This document shows positions 55,429-64,000 of a stretch of DNA of 64,000 nt, piece by piece. The DNA is taken from NCBI GenBank assembly GCA_045863855.1, contig BTVV01000004.1, positions 62,627 through 126,626 of the forward strand, written 5' to 3'. This DNA comes from Planctomycetota bacterium (GTDB lineage Bacteria; Planctomycetota; SZUA-567; H5-PLA8). The notes under the pieces are model-generated. The model searched no databases. It saw only the letters and a list, made by a program, of their open reading frames with translations, and was not told the origin of the DNA. Made by a program: the position numbers and the translations under genes. The stretch's first letter is position 1. Every line of letters starts with the position of its first letter.

Positions 55429-57240
55429 ATGCGAATACCGCTCGTTTTGGTCTTGCTGGCGCTGGGAACGATGGCGAACTTCGCGCCGGCCGCACAGAGC
55501 ACCTTGGTCACCCAGCCCGTTCCCGAAGCGCTTAAGCACGTCGAAAGCCAGCATACTCGGATCTACCGTAGCTTCGGACCGGCGGTGGTGGGCTTGGAAT
55601 GCAAGGGGTCGATCCGCTTGCCCAACGGCGGGCAGCAGATAGGCACGTATTACGGGACCGGAGCGGTCATTACGGCCGATGGGTTAATTCTGACCAGTAT
55701 CACCGTCATCCCCAAGGATGCGACCGACTTGAAGGTGTATTTCGCCGATGGCCACGTGCGCAACGCCCAACTCAAGGCCTCTGATCTCGATTCCGAAGGC
55801 GTGCTGCTGAAGGTAGAGGCCCGCGACTTGACCCACATGCGGTTGGCCGACAGCGATCGTTACGAGGTCGGCTCGCCCGTCTACAGTTGGGGAAACCCGC
55901 ACTTCACCATCAAGAACGACGGCCAAGTGAGCCTCAGCACGGGCACGATCAGCGGCCGCTATCAAGTCGCCAGCGTGGACGACCAGAGCCGCTACGTCGG
56001 GCCGGTGATCGAGACCGACGCCGCGGTCAATCCCGGCAGCGACGGCGGGCCGCTCACCGATGCCGAAGGCAATCTGATCGGAATCATGAGCCTCGCGTTC
56101 AGCCGCACGCGCTGGCTGGGGCTGGCGATTCCCACGCGGCGCATGATCCAGGCGATTCCCGAATTGCAGAACGTGAAGCTCGCCGAGCCGCCCCGGCTCA
56201 CCGGAGACCTCCAGCGCGTCTGGGCCATGCACGCGGCTTTCAAGGAACTCTCGGCGCGAACCGATCCCGCGGTGGTCACGGTCCTGGTGCTGGAGGAATC
56301 CAAAGCCGCCGAATGGCCGGCGAGCCGCGACCTGGAAGCTGCCAAGCCGCGCGATCCGATTCCGCAGATGAGCCAGTTGCGCTCGCAGGCCGAACGTACG
56401 CCGCAGAACCCAGCCATCTACAGCGGCATCCTGGTCGAAGCGTCCGGCACGGTGGTCACGACCTCCTTGCCGTTTCAGCCACGTCCCGCACAGGGCAAGA
56501 ATCCCGCGCCGAAGCACAAGACCTTCGTCTACCTCGCCAGCGGAAAGCGCCTCGAGGCTAAACTGCTGGGCTTTGACGCGGGCTACGATCTGGCGGTTTT
56601 ACAGCTTCTTGGCGAAGCCGGCTCCACGTACCCCTGCGCCAAGCTGGCTTCGGCCGCCAAACTGGCGCAAGGCCGAGCCGTGGCCATCTTGGGGCGCAGT
56701 GAACCGCCGGGCGGCCTTACGCTTAACAGCGGCTGGGTCTCGGCTGCCGGCCGCGCGCGCAACACGTCCTGTCAGATCGCCGCGCTGATGAGCTACGGCA
56801 ATCTGGGCGGCGCGGTGATCGATCTCGATGGCAACCTTGTCGGTATGGCCTGCAAGCTCAATCCCGGTTCGCCTTGGCGCCAGAACTGCGGTGTGGGGTT
56901 CATGCTCAACGCCGAAACGATCTCACTGGCCCTGCCCTTCCTTAAAGAAGGCAAGGAGATCGAGCGTCCGCGGCAGCCCTTCCTGGGCGTCGGCCTCGAC
57001 CGCGATGCGCCGAACGTGAAAGGCGCGCGCGTGGAACAGTCTCTCGAAGGCGGCCCCGCGCAAGCCGCAGGCATCCAGGTGGGCGATGTGATCGTGGAGT
57101 TCAACGGAAAGCCCATCGCGAGCTTCCTGGAACTGATCGCGCTGATTAAAGATTGCAAGATCGGACAGCAGGTGAAAGTGCAGCTCCTCCGCGGCGAGGA
57201 AAAGCTGGCGCTGGACGTGACCGTGGGCGAACGGGAGTAA
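55429..57240 (+). CDS. HtrA-like protein with two degenerate trypsin-like domains + PDZ (pseudo-protease)
   Basis: Signal peptide; domain 1 LTSITV and NPGSDGGP; domain 2 VTTSLP and YGNLGG; C-terminal PDZ FLGV...GDVIVEFNG. Confidence 0.88.
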   Translation: MRIPLVLVLLALGTMANFAPAAQSTLVTQPVPEALKHVESQHTRIYRSFGPAVVGLECKGSIRLPNGGQQIGTYYGTGAVITADGLILTSITVIPKDATDLKVYFADGHVRNAQLKASDLDSEGVLLKVEARDLTHMRLADSDRYEVGSPVYSWGNPHFTIKNDGQVSLSTGTISGRYQVASVDDQSRYVGPVIETDAAVNPGSDGGPLTDAEGNLIGIMSLAFSRTRWLGLAIPTRRMIQAIPELQNVKLAEPPRLTGDLQRVWAMHAAFKELSARTDPAVVTVLVLEESKAAEWPASRDLEAAKPRDPIPQMSQLRSQAERTPQNPAIYSGILVEASGTVVTTSLPFQPRPAQGKNPAPKHKTFVYLASGKRLEAKLLGFDAGYDLAVLQLLGEAGSTYPCAKLASAAKLAQGRAVAILGRSEPPGGLTLNSGWVSAAGRARNTSCQIAALMSYGNLGGAVIDLDGNLVGMACKLNPGSPWRQNCGVGFMLNAETISLALPFLKEGKEIERPRQPFLGVGLDRDAPNVKGARVEQSLEGGPAQAAGIQVGDVIVEFNGKPIASFLELIALIKDCKIGQQVKVQLLRGEEKLALDVTVGERE

Positions 57241-57244
57241 CGCG

Positions 57245-58591
57245 ATGGATAGGAAATGCCGATCCGTTCAGGCCGGGGTCGTAGGACTGATCTGGTCCTT
57301 GCTCTGCGCGCCGGCGCTGTTCGGCGCACAGGCCGGCGGCGATCTGGTCCGCAACGCCAAGGCAATCGAAAAAGCCGTCGTGGACAGCGCTGCGCGAATC
57401 GTCCCGGCTTACGTCTTCATCGGCGGCGGATCGGGCGTCCTGATCGGCCCCGACGGCCTGATGCTCACCAACGACCATGTCGCCGGCGAAAAGAAGCGCT
57501 GGACCGTCCGCGTCGGCACGCAGGATTACCAGGCCGACCTGCTGGGCACCGACCGCCACGGCGATATCGCCGTCTTGAAGCTGCGCAACGCCCAAGGCCT
57601 TGCGTATGTGGAGTTCGCCGACAGCGACGCGCTGGTGGTGGGACAGCAGGTGATCGCCGTGGGCAACCCCTTCGCCACGGCCGGCGCCGACGGCGAACCT
57701 ACCCTCACGCTGGGCATTATTTCCGCGCTGCATCGCTTCATGGACGGCTACAGCGACTCGATCCAGACCGACGCGCCGATCAATCCCGGGAACAGCGGCG
57801 GCCCGCTTTTGACTCTCGACGGCAAACTGGCCGGGATCAACGGGCGCATCGCCACGCGCTTCGGCGCCAAAGCCAACACCGGCATCGGCATGGCCATTCC
57901 CGCCAATCAGATCAAGCGTTTCCTCCCGCATTTCGAGCAAGCGAAGGGCGGGCACGTCTACCACGGCATTCTGCGCGGACTGGTCGGCGATCCCGAGGAA
58001 GCCGACGGCATCCAGAACGGCGCCGAAGTGAAGGAAGTGGTCATCGGCAGCCCCGCCGAGAAAGCCGGCTTCAAGGTTGGCGACCGCATCACGCATGTGG
58101 GCGACCAGAGCCTGCTGAATTACAACCGCTTCCTGGGCGTGCTGGGCACCTATCCGGCCGGCACGGAACTGGAACTCACCGTCCGGCGCGGCACGGAAAC
58201 GGTGAAGCTGAAAACCGCGTTGGAGGCGCTCCGCCCGGGCGACTTCGGCCTGTGGAATAAACAGCAGCCATTCAATCAGCCCTACGAAGTCGAGAAGATC
58301 TTTCCGAATCTGGCGGCGGCCAAAGCCGGATTGAAGCCCGGAGACCGCTTCGTCTCCATCGAAGGCAACCCGGTCCCGAACGTCGTCGCGTTGATCCAAT
58401 GGATGCAGCAACACACGCGCCTGCGCGGCGGTCCGATGCTTGCGGGAGACACGCTTACCGTCAAAGTTGCGCGGAAAGAAAACGGAGCCGAACAGGAAGT
58501 CGAAGCCGAAGTCACGCTCACCTGCGCCTACGATACGCCCCAGCGCCCGCAGGGCCAAGGTCCCAACCAAGGCGGCCGGCGCAGGCGCTAA
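57245..58591 (+). CDS. HtrA/DegP-like S1C serine protease with two PDZ domains
   Basis: Intact triad LTNDHV, DIAVLK, INPGNSGGP; two PDZ-like domains; signal peptide. Confidence 0.93.
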   Translation: MDRKCRSVQAGVVGLIWSLLCAPALFGAQAGGDLVRNAKAIEKAVVDSAARIVPAYVFIGGGSGVLIGPDGLMLTNDHVAGEKKRWTVRVGTQDYQADLLGTDRHGDIAVLKLRNAQGLAYVEFADSDALVVGQQVIAVGNPFATAGADGEPTLTLGIISALHRFMDGYSDSIQTDAPINPGNSGGPLLTLDGKLAGINGRIATRFGAKANTGIGMAIPANQIKRFLPHFEQAKGGHVYHGILRGLVGDPEEADGIQNGAEVKEVVIGSPAEKAGFKVGDRITHVGDQSLLNYNRFLGVLGTYPAGTELELTVRRGTETVKLKTALEALRPGDFGLWNKQQPFNQPYEVEKIFPNLAAAKAGLKPGDRFVSIEGNPVPNVVALIQWMQQHTRLRGGPMLAGDTLTVKVARKENGAEQEVEAEVTLTCAYDTPQRPQGQGPNQGGRRRR

Positions 58592-59656
58592 TCAATCTTT
58601 CAGGATGCCCGCCGCCAGCTTCAAGGCGGCGTCGATCTGCGCTCGTGTCACGTCGCGGTGCGTGACCATGCGCAAGCGCTCGCCCAGCGCCAGACACCAC
58701 ACTCCGCGCTCGGTCAGCGCCCGCCCCAGCCACGCCGTGTCGCCTTTGCGTCCGCGGTATTCGATGAACAGGATGTTCGTCTGCACACTTGCCGGATCGG
58801 CGACAATGCCGGGCAATTCGGCGAGACCCTCCGCGAGCCGGCGCGCGTTCGCGTGGTCGTCGGCAAGCCGTTCGAGATTCGGCGTCTTCAGCGCTTCCAG
58901 TCCCGCCGCCGCCAGGATGCCCGCCTGGCGCATCCCGCCGCCGAGCATTTTGCGCAATCCCACGCCGCGCGCGACCAGTTCGTTCGAGCCGCAGATCAGC
59001 GATCCCGCCGGCGCACCCAGGCTCTTCGAGAGGCAGAAACTCACCGAATCGGCTAGCGCCGCGATATCGCGCGCGGAGACGTTCAATACGGCGGCGGCGT
59101 TGAAAATCCGCGCGCCGTCCAGGTGTACCTTGATCCACGGCGCTCGCTCGCGCGCCGCGGCGATGGGCGCGCGCATGTCGGCGACGCTTAGCGCGCTCCC
59201 GCCGCAATAGTTGTGCGTGTTTTCCAGCGCCAGCAGCGTCGTCGTCGCGTGGTGGCTGTTGCCCCCGGAAATTTCGGCGCCGAAGCGTATGCTCGACCGC
59301 ACCAGGACCGGATCCAGCCGCCCGCGTTCGTCTTCGGGAAGCGCGCATTTGTTCACCTGCGCCAGCCGCGCATACGCCGCCGATTCCGCGCTGTTGATGT
59401 GGCTGCGCGCGCCGACCAGAATCTCGCTCCCCGCCGGCGCCTGTGCCATCACCCCGATCAGATTGGCCATGCAGCCGCTGGGCACGAAGAGCGCCGCCGG
59501 TTTGCCGACCAGTTCGGCGGCGCGTTCCTGCAAGCGGATCACGGTCGGATCGTCGCCGAAGACATCGTCGCCCACTTCGGCCTCGGCCATCGCGCGGCGC
59601 ATGGCCGCATCGGGACGGGTCACGGTATCGCTGCGCAAGTCGATGGGGGTCATCAC
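58592..59656 (-). CDS. ltaE: Low-specificity L-threonine aldolase
   Basis: [54 protein letters not shown]. Confidence 0.95.
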   Translation of the reverse strand: MMTPIDLRSDTVTRPDAAMRRAMAEAEVGDDVFGDDPTVIRLQERAAELVGKPAALFVPSGCMANLIGVMAQAPAGSEILVGARSHINSAESAAYARLAQVNKCALPEDERGRLDPVLVRSSIRFGAEISGGNSHHATTTLLALENTHNYCGGSALSVADMRAPIAAARERAPWIKVHLDGARIFNAAAVLNVSARDIAALADSVSFCLSKSLGAPAGSLICGSNELVARGVGLRKMLGGGMRQAGILAAAGLEALKTPNLERLADDHANARRLAEGLAELPGIVADPASVQTNILFIEYRGRKGDTAWLGRALTERGVWCLALGERLRMVTHRDVTRAQIDAALKLAAGILKD

Positions 59657-61620
59657 TACTCCTTCGGTTCCGGATGGGCCGCTGGAGCCTGCGAAGAGGA
59701 GGCCGCAGGGCCGCCCGTTCCCGAACGTTCCGCCTTGCTTGGCAGGCGCCGGGGCGGTGGGGACATCACCATTGTAAAGCCAGTACGCAACGCGATCTCG
59801 TTGCGAATCCGGCGCGCTTCGCGTTCGATTTCCGCATCGTGTGCCCCGATATCCTGCAAAAGGAAGCGCGCCAAGCCAACGGCAACTTCGGTTTCTTCGA
59901 AGCTGACGCCGTTGGCTCCCGCGCCATCCAGCATCGTCCGTTCGGCCAGGTAGCGAGCCCGCGTGAAGATTCGCACTTCGTTATTGATCAAACGGGCCGT
60001 CGCCACCACGGGCAGCCGGCCCGGCAAATCGGGCAAGGTCACCAGCAGGTAAGCCGCTTGTCGGATGCCCGCCGCCTCCAGCACCTCTCGCCTTCCGGCG
60101 TCCCCATATACGGCCGCGATGTTGAGCGAATGAAGCCGCCGAATCGTATCCAGGTTCAAGTCGACCACCGTGGGCTGGATACCGAAATCCTGCAAAATGC
60201 GCGTCAAGGTTTTGCCTACCGGGCCGTACCCGACCACGACGGCGCGTAGTGCCGCCAACTCTTCGGCCGGTAGCGCAGCCACTTCGGGCTCCGCCACGGA
60301 CGAGGCAGGTGCGGCAGGCGCAGCCGAGGAGGAGGAGGAGGCAAGGACCGGCACGCCTTCGGGCGGGGTCGGCACGCCGCTGCGCCGGCGACCCGGCGCT
60401 TGGGGCTTGCCCGTCCCCCAACGCTGGGCCGCCGCGTTCACATAAATCGAAAGCCGCCCGCTCCAAGCCGCCAGCACGGGCGCCAGGAGCATGGAAAGCA
60501 GCGAAAGGGCCAGAATAAACTTCTGCAGCCGCTCGGACAACATGCCCAGCGCATCGGCCTGCTGAGCCAGCACGAACGAAAACTCCCCTACCTGCGCCAA
60601 AGGAAGCGCCACGCCCGCCGCAATGGCGAGCGGTACTCGGGCCGCCAGAAGGGCCACGATGGCCACTCCGAATTTCAGCGCAAGAATCACGATCAAGGCC
60701 AGGATCAGCCAATGCGCATGGCTGGCCACGTAGCTCAAATCCACCAGCATGCCCACCGATACGAAAAAGAATCCAAGCGCGAGGTTCCGTAGCGTCCCAA
60801 GGTCTGCCAGGATCTGGGTCGTGAAGGGCGTCTGTGCGAGCACCAGTCCGCCGAGAAACGCGCCCAACGCCATGGAAGCGCCCGCGAACTGAGCAGCCAG
60901 TGCGACGCTCAGGCACCCGCCCAAGGAAAGCAGCGAGAATGCTTCCGGCACCCGCACCAGCGCCGCTTTCTCGAAAATCCACGGCAACAGGAAACGGAAC
61001 ATCGCGAACAAGATCGGCAGGCCCACAAACAGGACCGCCAATTGTGTCACCAGCGAAGCGCCTCCAGGCGCGGCCTCCGCAACGCCACCATCCGGCTGGC
61101 TCTTGAAAAATCCTTGGCACAGCGGCAAGAGCGCCACCACGAAGATTGCCGCGATATCCTGAAAGAGCGAAACGGTCAGAAATATCCGAGCGCGCTGCGA
61201 ATCGGCCTCCCGCCGGTCCTCGAAGGTTTTCATAACCAGCGCGGTGGAACTCATGGCCACCATCAGGCCCAACACCGCTGCTTCGACCACCCCCACGCCC
61301 ATGGGCAGCATCATGAGACCCGAGAAGCCGGCCGTAACCAGCACCTGCAATCCGCCGCCCACCACGCAGACCAGCAGCATCGCCCGTGCATCGGACAGCC
61401 GAAACTCCAGCCCAATGAAAAACATCAGCAATATGACGCCTAAGTTGGCCAAGGCGTCGGCGCCATCTCCCTCCAGGCCCATGGCCTCCTTGAAAGGCGA
61501 GACCAGGACGCCCAGCGCGAGGTAACCGATGATCGGCGAAAAGCGCCAACGCTGCAGCAGCCAGACCAGGAGTGCCGCGCTCAGAGTCATTACGGTGACG
61601 AGGACAAAGGGATCGCGCAT
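59656..61620 (-). CDS. CPA2 cation:proton antiporter with TrkA-N (KTN) domain
   Basis: [35 protein letters not shown]-terminal [12 protein letters not shown]. Confidence 0.93.
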   Translation of the reverse strand: MRDPFVLVTVMTLSAALLVWLLQRWRFSPIIGYLALGVLVSPFKEAMGLEGDGADALANLGVILLMFFIGLEFRLSDARAMLLVCVVGGGLQVLVTAGFSGLMMLPMGVGVVEAAVLGLMVAMSSTALVMKTFEDRREADSQRARIFLTVSLFQDIAAIFVVALLPLCQGFFKSQPDGGVAEAAPGGASLVTQLAVLFVGLPILFAMFRFLLPWIFEKAALVRVPEAFSLLSLGGCLSVALAAQFAGASMALGAFLGGLVLAQTPFTTQILADLGTLRNLALGFFFVSVGMLVDLSYVASHAHWLILALIVILALKFGVAIVALLAARVPLAIAAGVALPLAQVGEFSFVLAQQADALGMLSERLQKFILALSLLSMLLAPVLAAWSGRLSIYVNAAAQRWGTGKPQAPGRRRSGVPTPPEGVPVLASSSSSAAPAAPASSVAEPEVAALPAEELAALRAVVVGYGPVGKTLTRILQDFGIQPTVVDLNLDTIRRLHSLNIAAVYGDAGRREVLEAAGIRQAAYLLVTLPDLPGRLPVVATARLINNEVRIFTRARYLAERTMLDGAGANGVSFEETEVAVGLARFLLQDIGAHDAEIEREARRIRNEIALRTGFTMVMSPPPRRLPSKAERSGTGGPAASSSQAPAAHPEPKE

Positions 61621-61749
61621 CAGGTACCGTGTGTCGTCAGATTCTCGAACACCCGAAATCCAGCGGCGGCCGGGTGTGTACCGCGACTCGCAACGGCGTC
61701 GTTGTAACCGCAGGACCGGTCGCTTTTCAATTGAACTGCTGCACTATCT

Positions 61750-62967
61750 TCAGGCGAAGCAAACCTGGCCCAAGACGCGCGGACCGTCGGCGCCCGTAGC
61801 CGAAGGCAAATTGCCCGGCCGGCCCTGGATGGCCTCCCGCGCCAGCAGCGCGAAAGCCATCGCCTCCTTGGCTTTTACGGGCATCCCGTAGTCGTCAGAA
61901 AGATGGATCGCGACGGAACCAAACTCCTGACGCAGCCGCGCCATCAGCACCGGATTCAAAGCGCCTCCGCCCGATAACACGATCTCATCCACCGCATGCT
62001 TGGACTTGATCCAGTTCACGTACGCGAGATGCAGCGAAATCGCCGTGAAGTCGGTGACGGTGCGCAGGATATCCGTCGGGCGCACCGAACGCTTGATGCC
62101 CCACTCGTACAGTTCGCGAGCGTACTTCACGCCGAACTCTTCGCGCCCCGTCGATTTCGGAGGCTTGCGCTGAAGGAACGGATGCTTCAGCAAATGCGAT
62201 AAGATGTACCCGTCCACCTGTCCCTGAGCGGCCAGAGCGCCGTCTTTGTCGTACAACTGCTTGCCCACCGTCATGAGTTGGATCATCGCGTCGATCAGCA
62301 TGTTGCCCGGCCCGGTATCGAAGGCCAGCACGTCCTCGGGATTGCCGTTCGGCGGAAGGAAGGTGAAGTTCGAGATGCCGCCGATGTTCACCGCCAGCCG
62401 CGCCCGCTCGTCGTGGGTCAGCAGCAGGTAATCGACGTACGGCACCAGCGGCGCGCCCTGTCCGCCGGCGGCCATGTCCCGCGCCCGGAAATTAAAAACC
62501 ACCGGAACGCCCAACTGCTCCGCGATCATCGCCGGCTCGCCGATCTGAAGCGTGCTACCGATACGTTCGGTCACGCCCGTCGCCAGAATGCCCGGATCCA
62601 TCCGCGGCGAGAGGTGCGCCACCGTCTGCCCGTGGCTGCCGACCAGGTGTACGTCCTGCGGCTGCATGCCCGCCTTCTCGATCACCGCCGCCGCCGCCCG
62701 CGCGAAGGTCGAGCCCACTCGAAAGTTCAGCCGGCAGACGTCCTCGGTTTGAGCTTCTCCGCGGCTGACCGCCAGAATGCGATCCTGCATCCGCGCCGAA
62801 TAAGGTTCCGTCACGAAGGCAATCAGCTTGATCCGCAGGCTGCCACGTCCGCTGCCCGTGATCTCGCACAATGCCGCATCGACCCCGTCGCAACTCGTCC
62901 CCGAGATCAAACCGACCACGAGCATCGGATCGGGCGGACTCAGTTGCTCCTGAAAGCTTCGTCCCAT
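61750..62967 (-). CDS. anmK: Anhydro-N-acetylmuramic acid kinase
   Basis: GLISGTSCDGVD, GSHGQTV, DMAAGGQGAPLVP, NIGGISN, FDTGPGN, KSTGREEF, KEAMAFA. Confidence 0.96.
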   Translation of the reverse strand: MGRSFQEQLSPPDPMLVVGLISGTSCDGVDAALCEITGSGRGSLRIKLIAFVTEPYSARMQDRILAVSRGEAQTEDVCRLNFRVGSTFARAAAAVIEKAGMQPQDVHLVGSHGQTVAHLSPRMDPGILATGVTERIGSTLQIGEPAMIAEQLGVPVVFNFRARDMAAGGQGAPLVPYVDYLLLTHDERARLAVNIGGISNFTFLPPNGNPEDVLAFDTGPGNMLIDAMIQLMTVGKQLYDKDGALAAQGQVDGYILSHLLKHPFLQRKPPKSTGREEFGVKYARELYEWGIKRSVRPTDILRTVTDFTAISLHLAYVNWIKSKHAVDEIVLSGGGALNPVLMARLRQEFGSVAIHLSDDYGMPVKAKEAMAFALLAREAIQGRPGNLPSATGADGPRVLGQVCFA

Positions 62968-63167
62968 AAACCCGCTCTACCTTATTACTAAGGAATCGTT
63001 AGCACGGACCGTTTGGGGAGCTATTCTAGCAGCCGCTTGGAAAAGTAGGTGGACCAATGGAAAACCCGATGCCCGGTTCGTGCGTTTTTCCGCGGCTTGC
63101 ACTTGAGCCTCAAGCCGGCTTCGGTATCTTGGTTCTCCACGTTTTCAGTTTGCCTGATCTTTAAAGT

Positions 63168-63254
63168 GCCCAGGTGGCGGAATTGGCAGACGCGCTGGCT
63201 TCAGGTGCCAGTGGCCGCAAGGCCGTGGAGGTTCAACTCCTCTCCTGGGCACCA
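63168..63254 (+). tRNA. tRNA-Leu(CAG)
   Basis: GCCCAGGTGGCGGAATTGGCAGACGCGCTGGCTTCAGGTGCCAGTGGCCGCAAGGCCGTGGAGGTTCAACTCCTCTCCTGGGCACCA; long variable arm, encoded CCA. Confidence 0.97.
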
Positions 63255-63600
63255 CGTTGAATGCGAACCACTCTCCCGAAGCTGGGGTCCTGCCAAGACC
63301 CCGCACCCTAAAATATACCATAAAACAGTCGGTGCAATTTTGTCCACAACGGGGTGGCCCGTATTGCGCTCTTTAATCCTAATGAACACCGTATCTAACC
63401 TGGCTCACTCTAAGCACTTAGAGCACTCCACCAAAAAAGGATTGGTCCTGCTTAAGACTTGACGATAAGCCTGAAGCCGCTACGCTCATGTGGTCCTGTG
63501 ACTACCTTAATACGTAGCAACATCCTTCCGGTGCTGTTTGACCGGCGGCGTGCGGTACAGGTCATGCAGTGGGCGTAATTGTAAACTCAGGAGGAACTCC

Positions 63601-64000
63601 ATGCCTCGCATGGGTTGGTTGTGGTCCTTGGCGGTTTTGCTGGCGGTAAGCACCGGTGCATCGTGGGCGGGTGCCAGCGGCGAAGAGATTACCAAGGCCG
63701 AATACGATCAAATGAAGAAGGAGCTGGACGATCTGAAGCGCCAGCTTGAGTCCACGACTCCGATCGGGCCATCGAGCCCGGTGGTAGACGAGGCGCTGGA
63801 CAACAAGTACGGTCCTAACGCTCGCGTGAGCACCCGGGCCGGACGGTTGACCATCGGCGGCTTGCTTCAGGTTTGGTTCTACAGCATCCAGAATGACAAC
63901 ATCGGCTGGGTGGATACGCGGCAGTTGGCGGCGGTTCCGGGCGGAGCGGGCTGGGGCAGCAACGAGACGAACGATAACGATTCGTTCCGCGTGCGCCGCA
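63601..64000 (+). CDS. Probable outer-membrane porin (OprO/P-like), 3' end runs off the window
   Basis: GGAGG SD + ATG; signal peptide MPRMGWLWSLAVLLAV; coiled coil KKELDDLKRQL; LTIGGLLQVWF...DSFRVRR. Confidence 0.65.
   Translation, partial: MPRMGWLWSLAVLLAVSTGASWAGASGEEITKAEYDQMKKELDDLKRQLESTTPIGPSSPVVDEALDNKYGPNARVSTRAGRLTIGGLLQVWFYSIQNDNIGWVDTRQLAAVPGGAGWGSNETNDNDSFRVRR

Noticed and set aside
63049..63462. 137-aa ORF across tRNA-Leu
   Set aside because: Overlaps a clear tRNA and has no coding signature.

Overview
GC-rich bacterial chromosomal segment, most likely from the PVC superphylum (Planctomycetota-like). This is inferred from the MoxR-DUF58-BatA/vWA triad, ECF sigma fusions, a GntR regulator with a LacI-like sensor domain, a stand-alone Ser/Thr kinase and an FHA-GAF-cyclase. 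From left to right it holds: (1) a GntR-linked locus with MoxR/DUF58/vWA, a 1590-aa secreted FlgD/propeller/CBM9-like protein, a heparinase II/III-like protein and a HEAT protein; (2) a secreted M11-like metallopeptidase divergent from an ECF/FecR pair; (3) tRNA-Asp; (4) MerR, homocysteine methyltransferase, MFS and two nucleoside-deoxyribosyltransferase-like genes; (5) a low-GC orphan gene bracketed by 31-bp inverted repeats; (6) Met gamma-lyase-like enzyme, cyclase, rplU, rne and a TIGR03936-type gene; (7) type IV pilus pilMNO(P)Q, a pilin and a second, membrane-anchored PilM; (8) a SelW-like selenoprotein missing from the ORF track; (9) accA, a kinase and an ECF-TM-PepSY fusion; (10) Phe/Tyr catabolism (hppD-hmgA-flavin reductase-phhA); (11) an HtrA pseudo-protease/protease pair; (12) ltaE, a CPA2 antiporter, anmK, tRNA-Leu and the start of a probable porin. 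The most notable items are the hidden selenoprotein, the inverted-repeat cassette seen in both filled and empty forms, a possible dual-coding overlap at rne, the dead+dead/live HtrA pair and a candidate structured RNA. No CRISPR array, rRNA, integrase or transposase was seen. All family calls come from motifs recognised by eye; no database searches were run.
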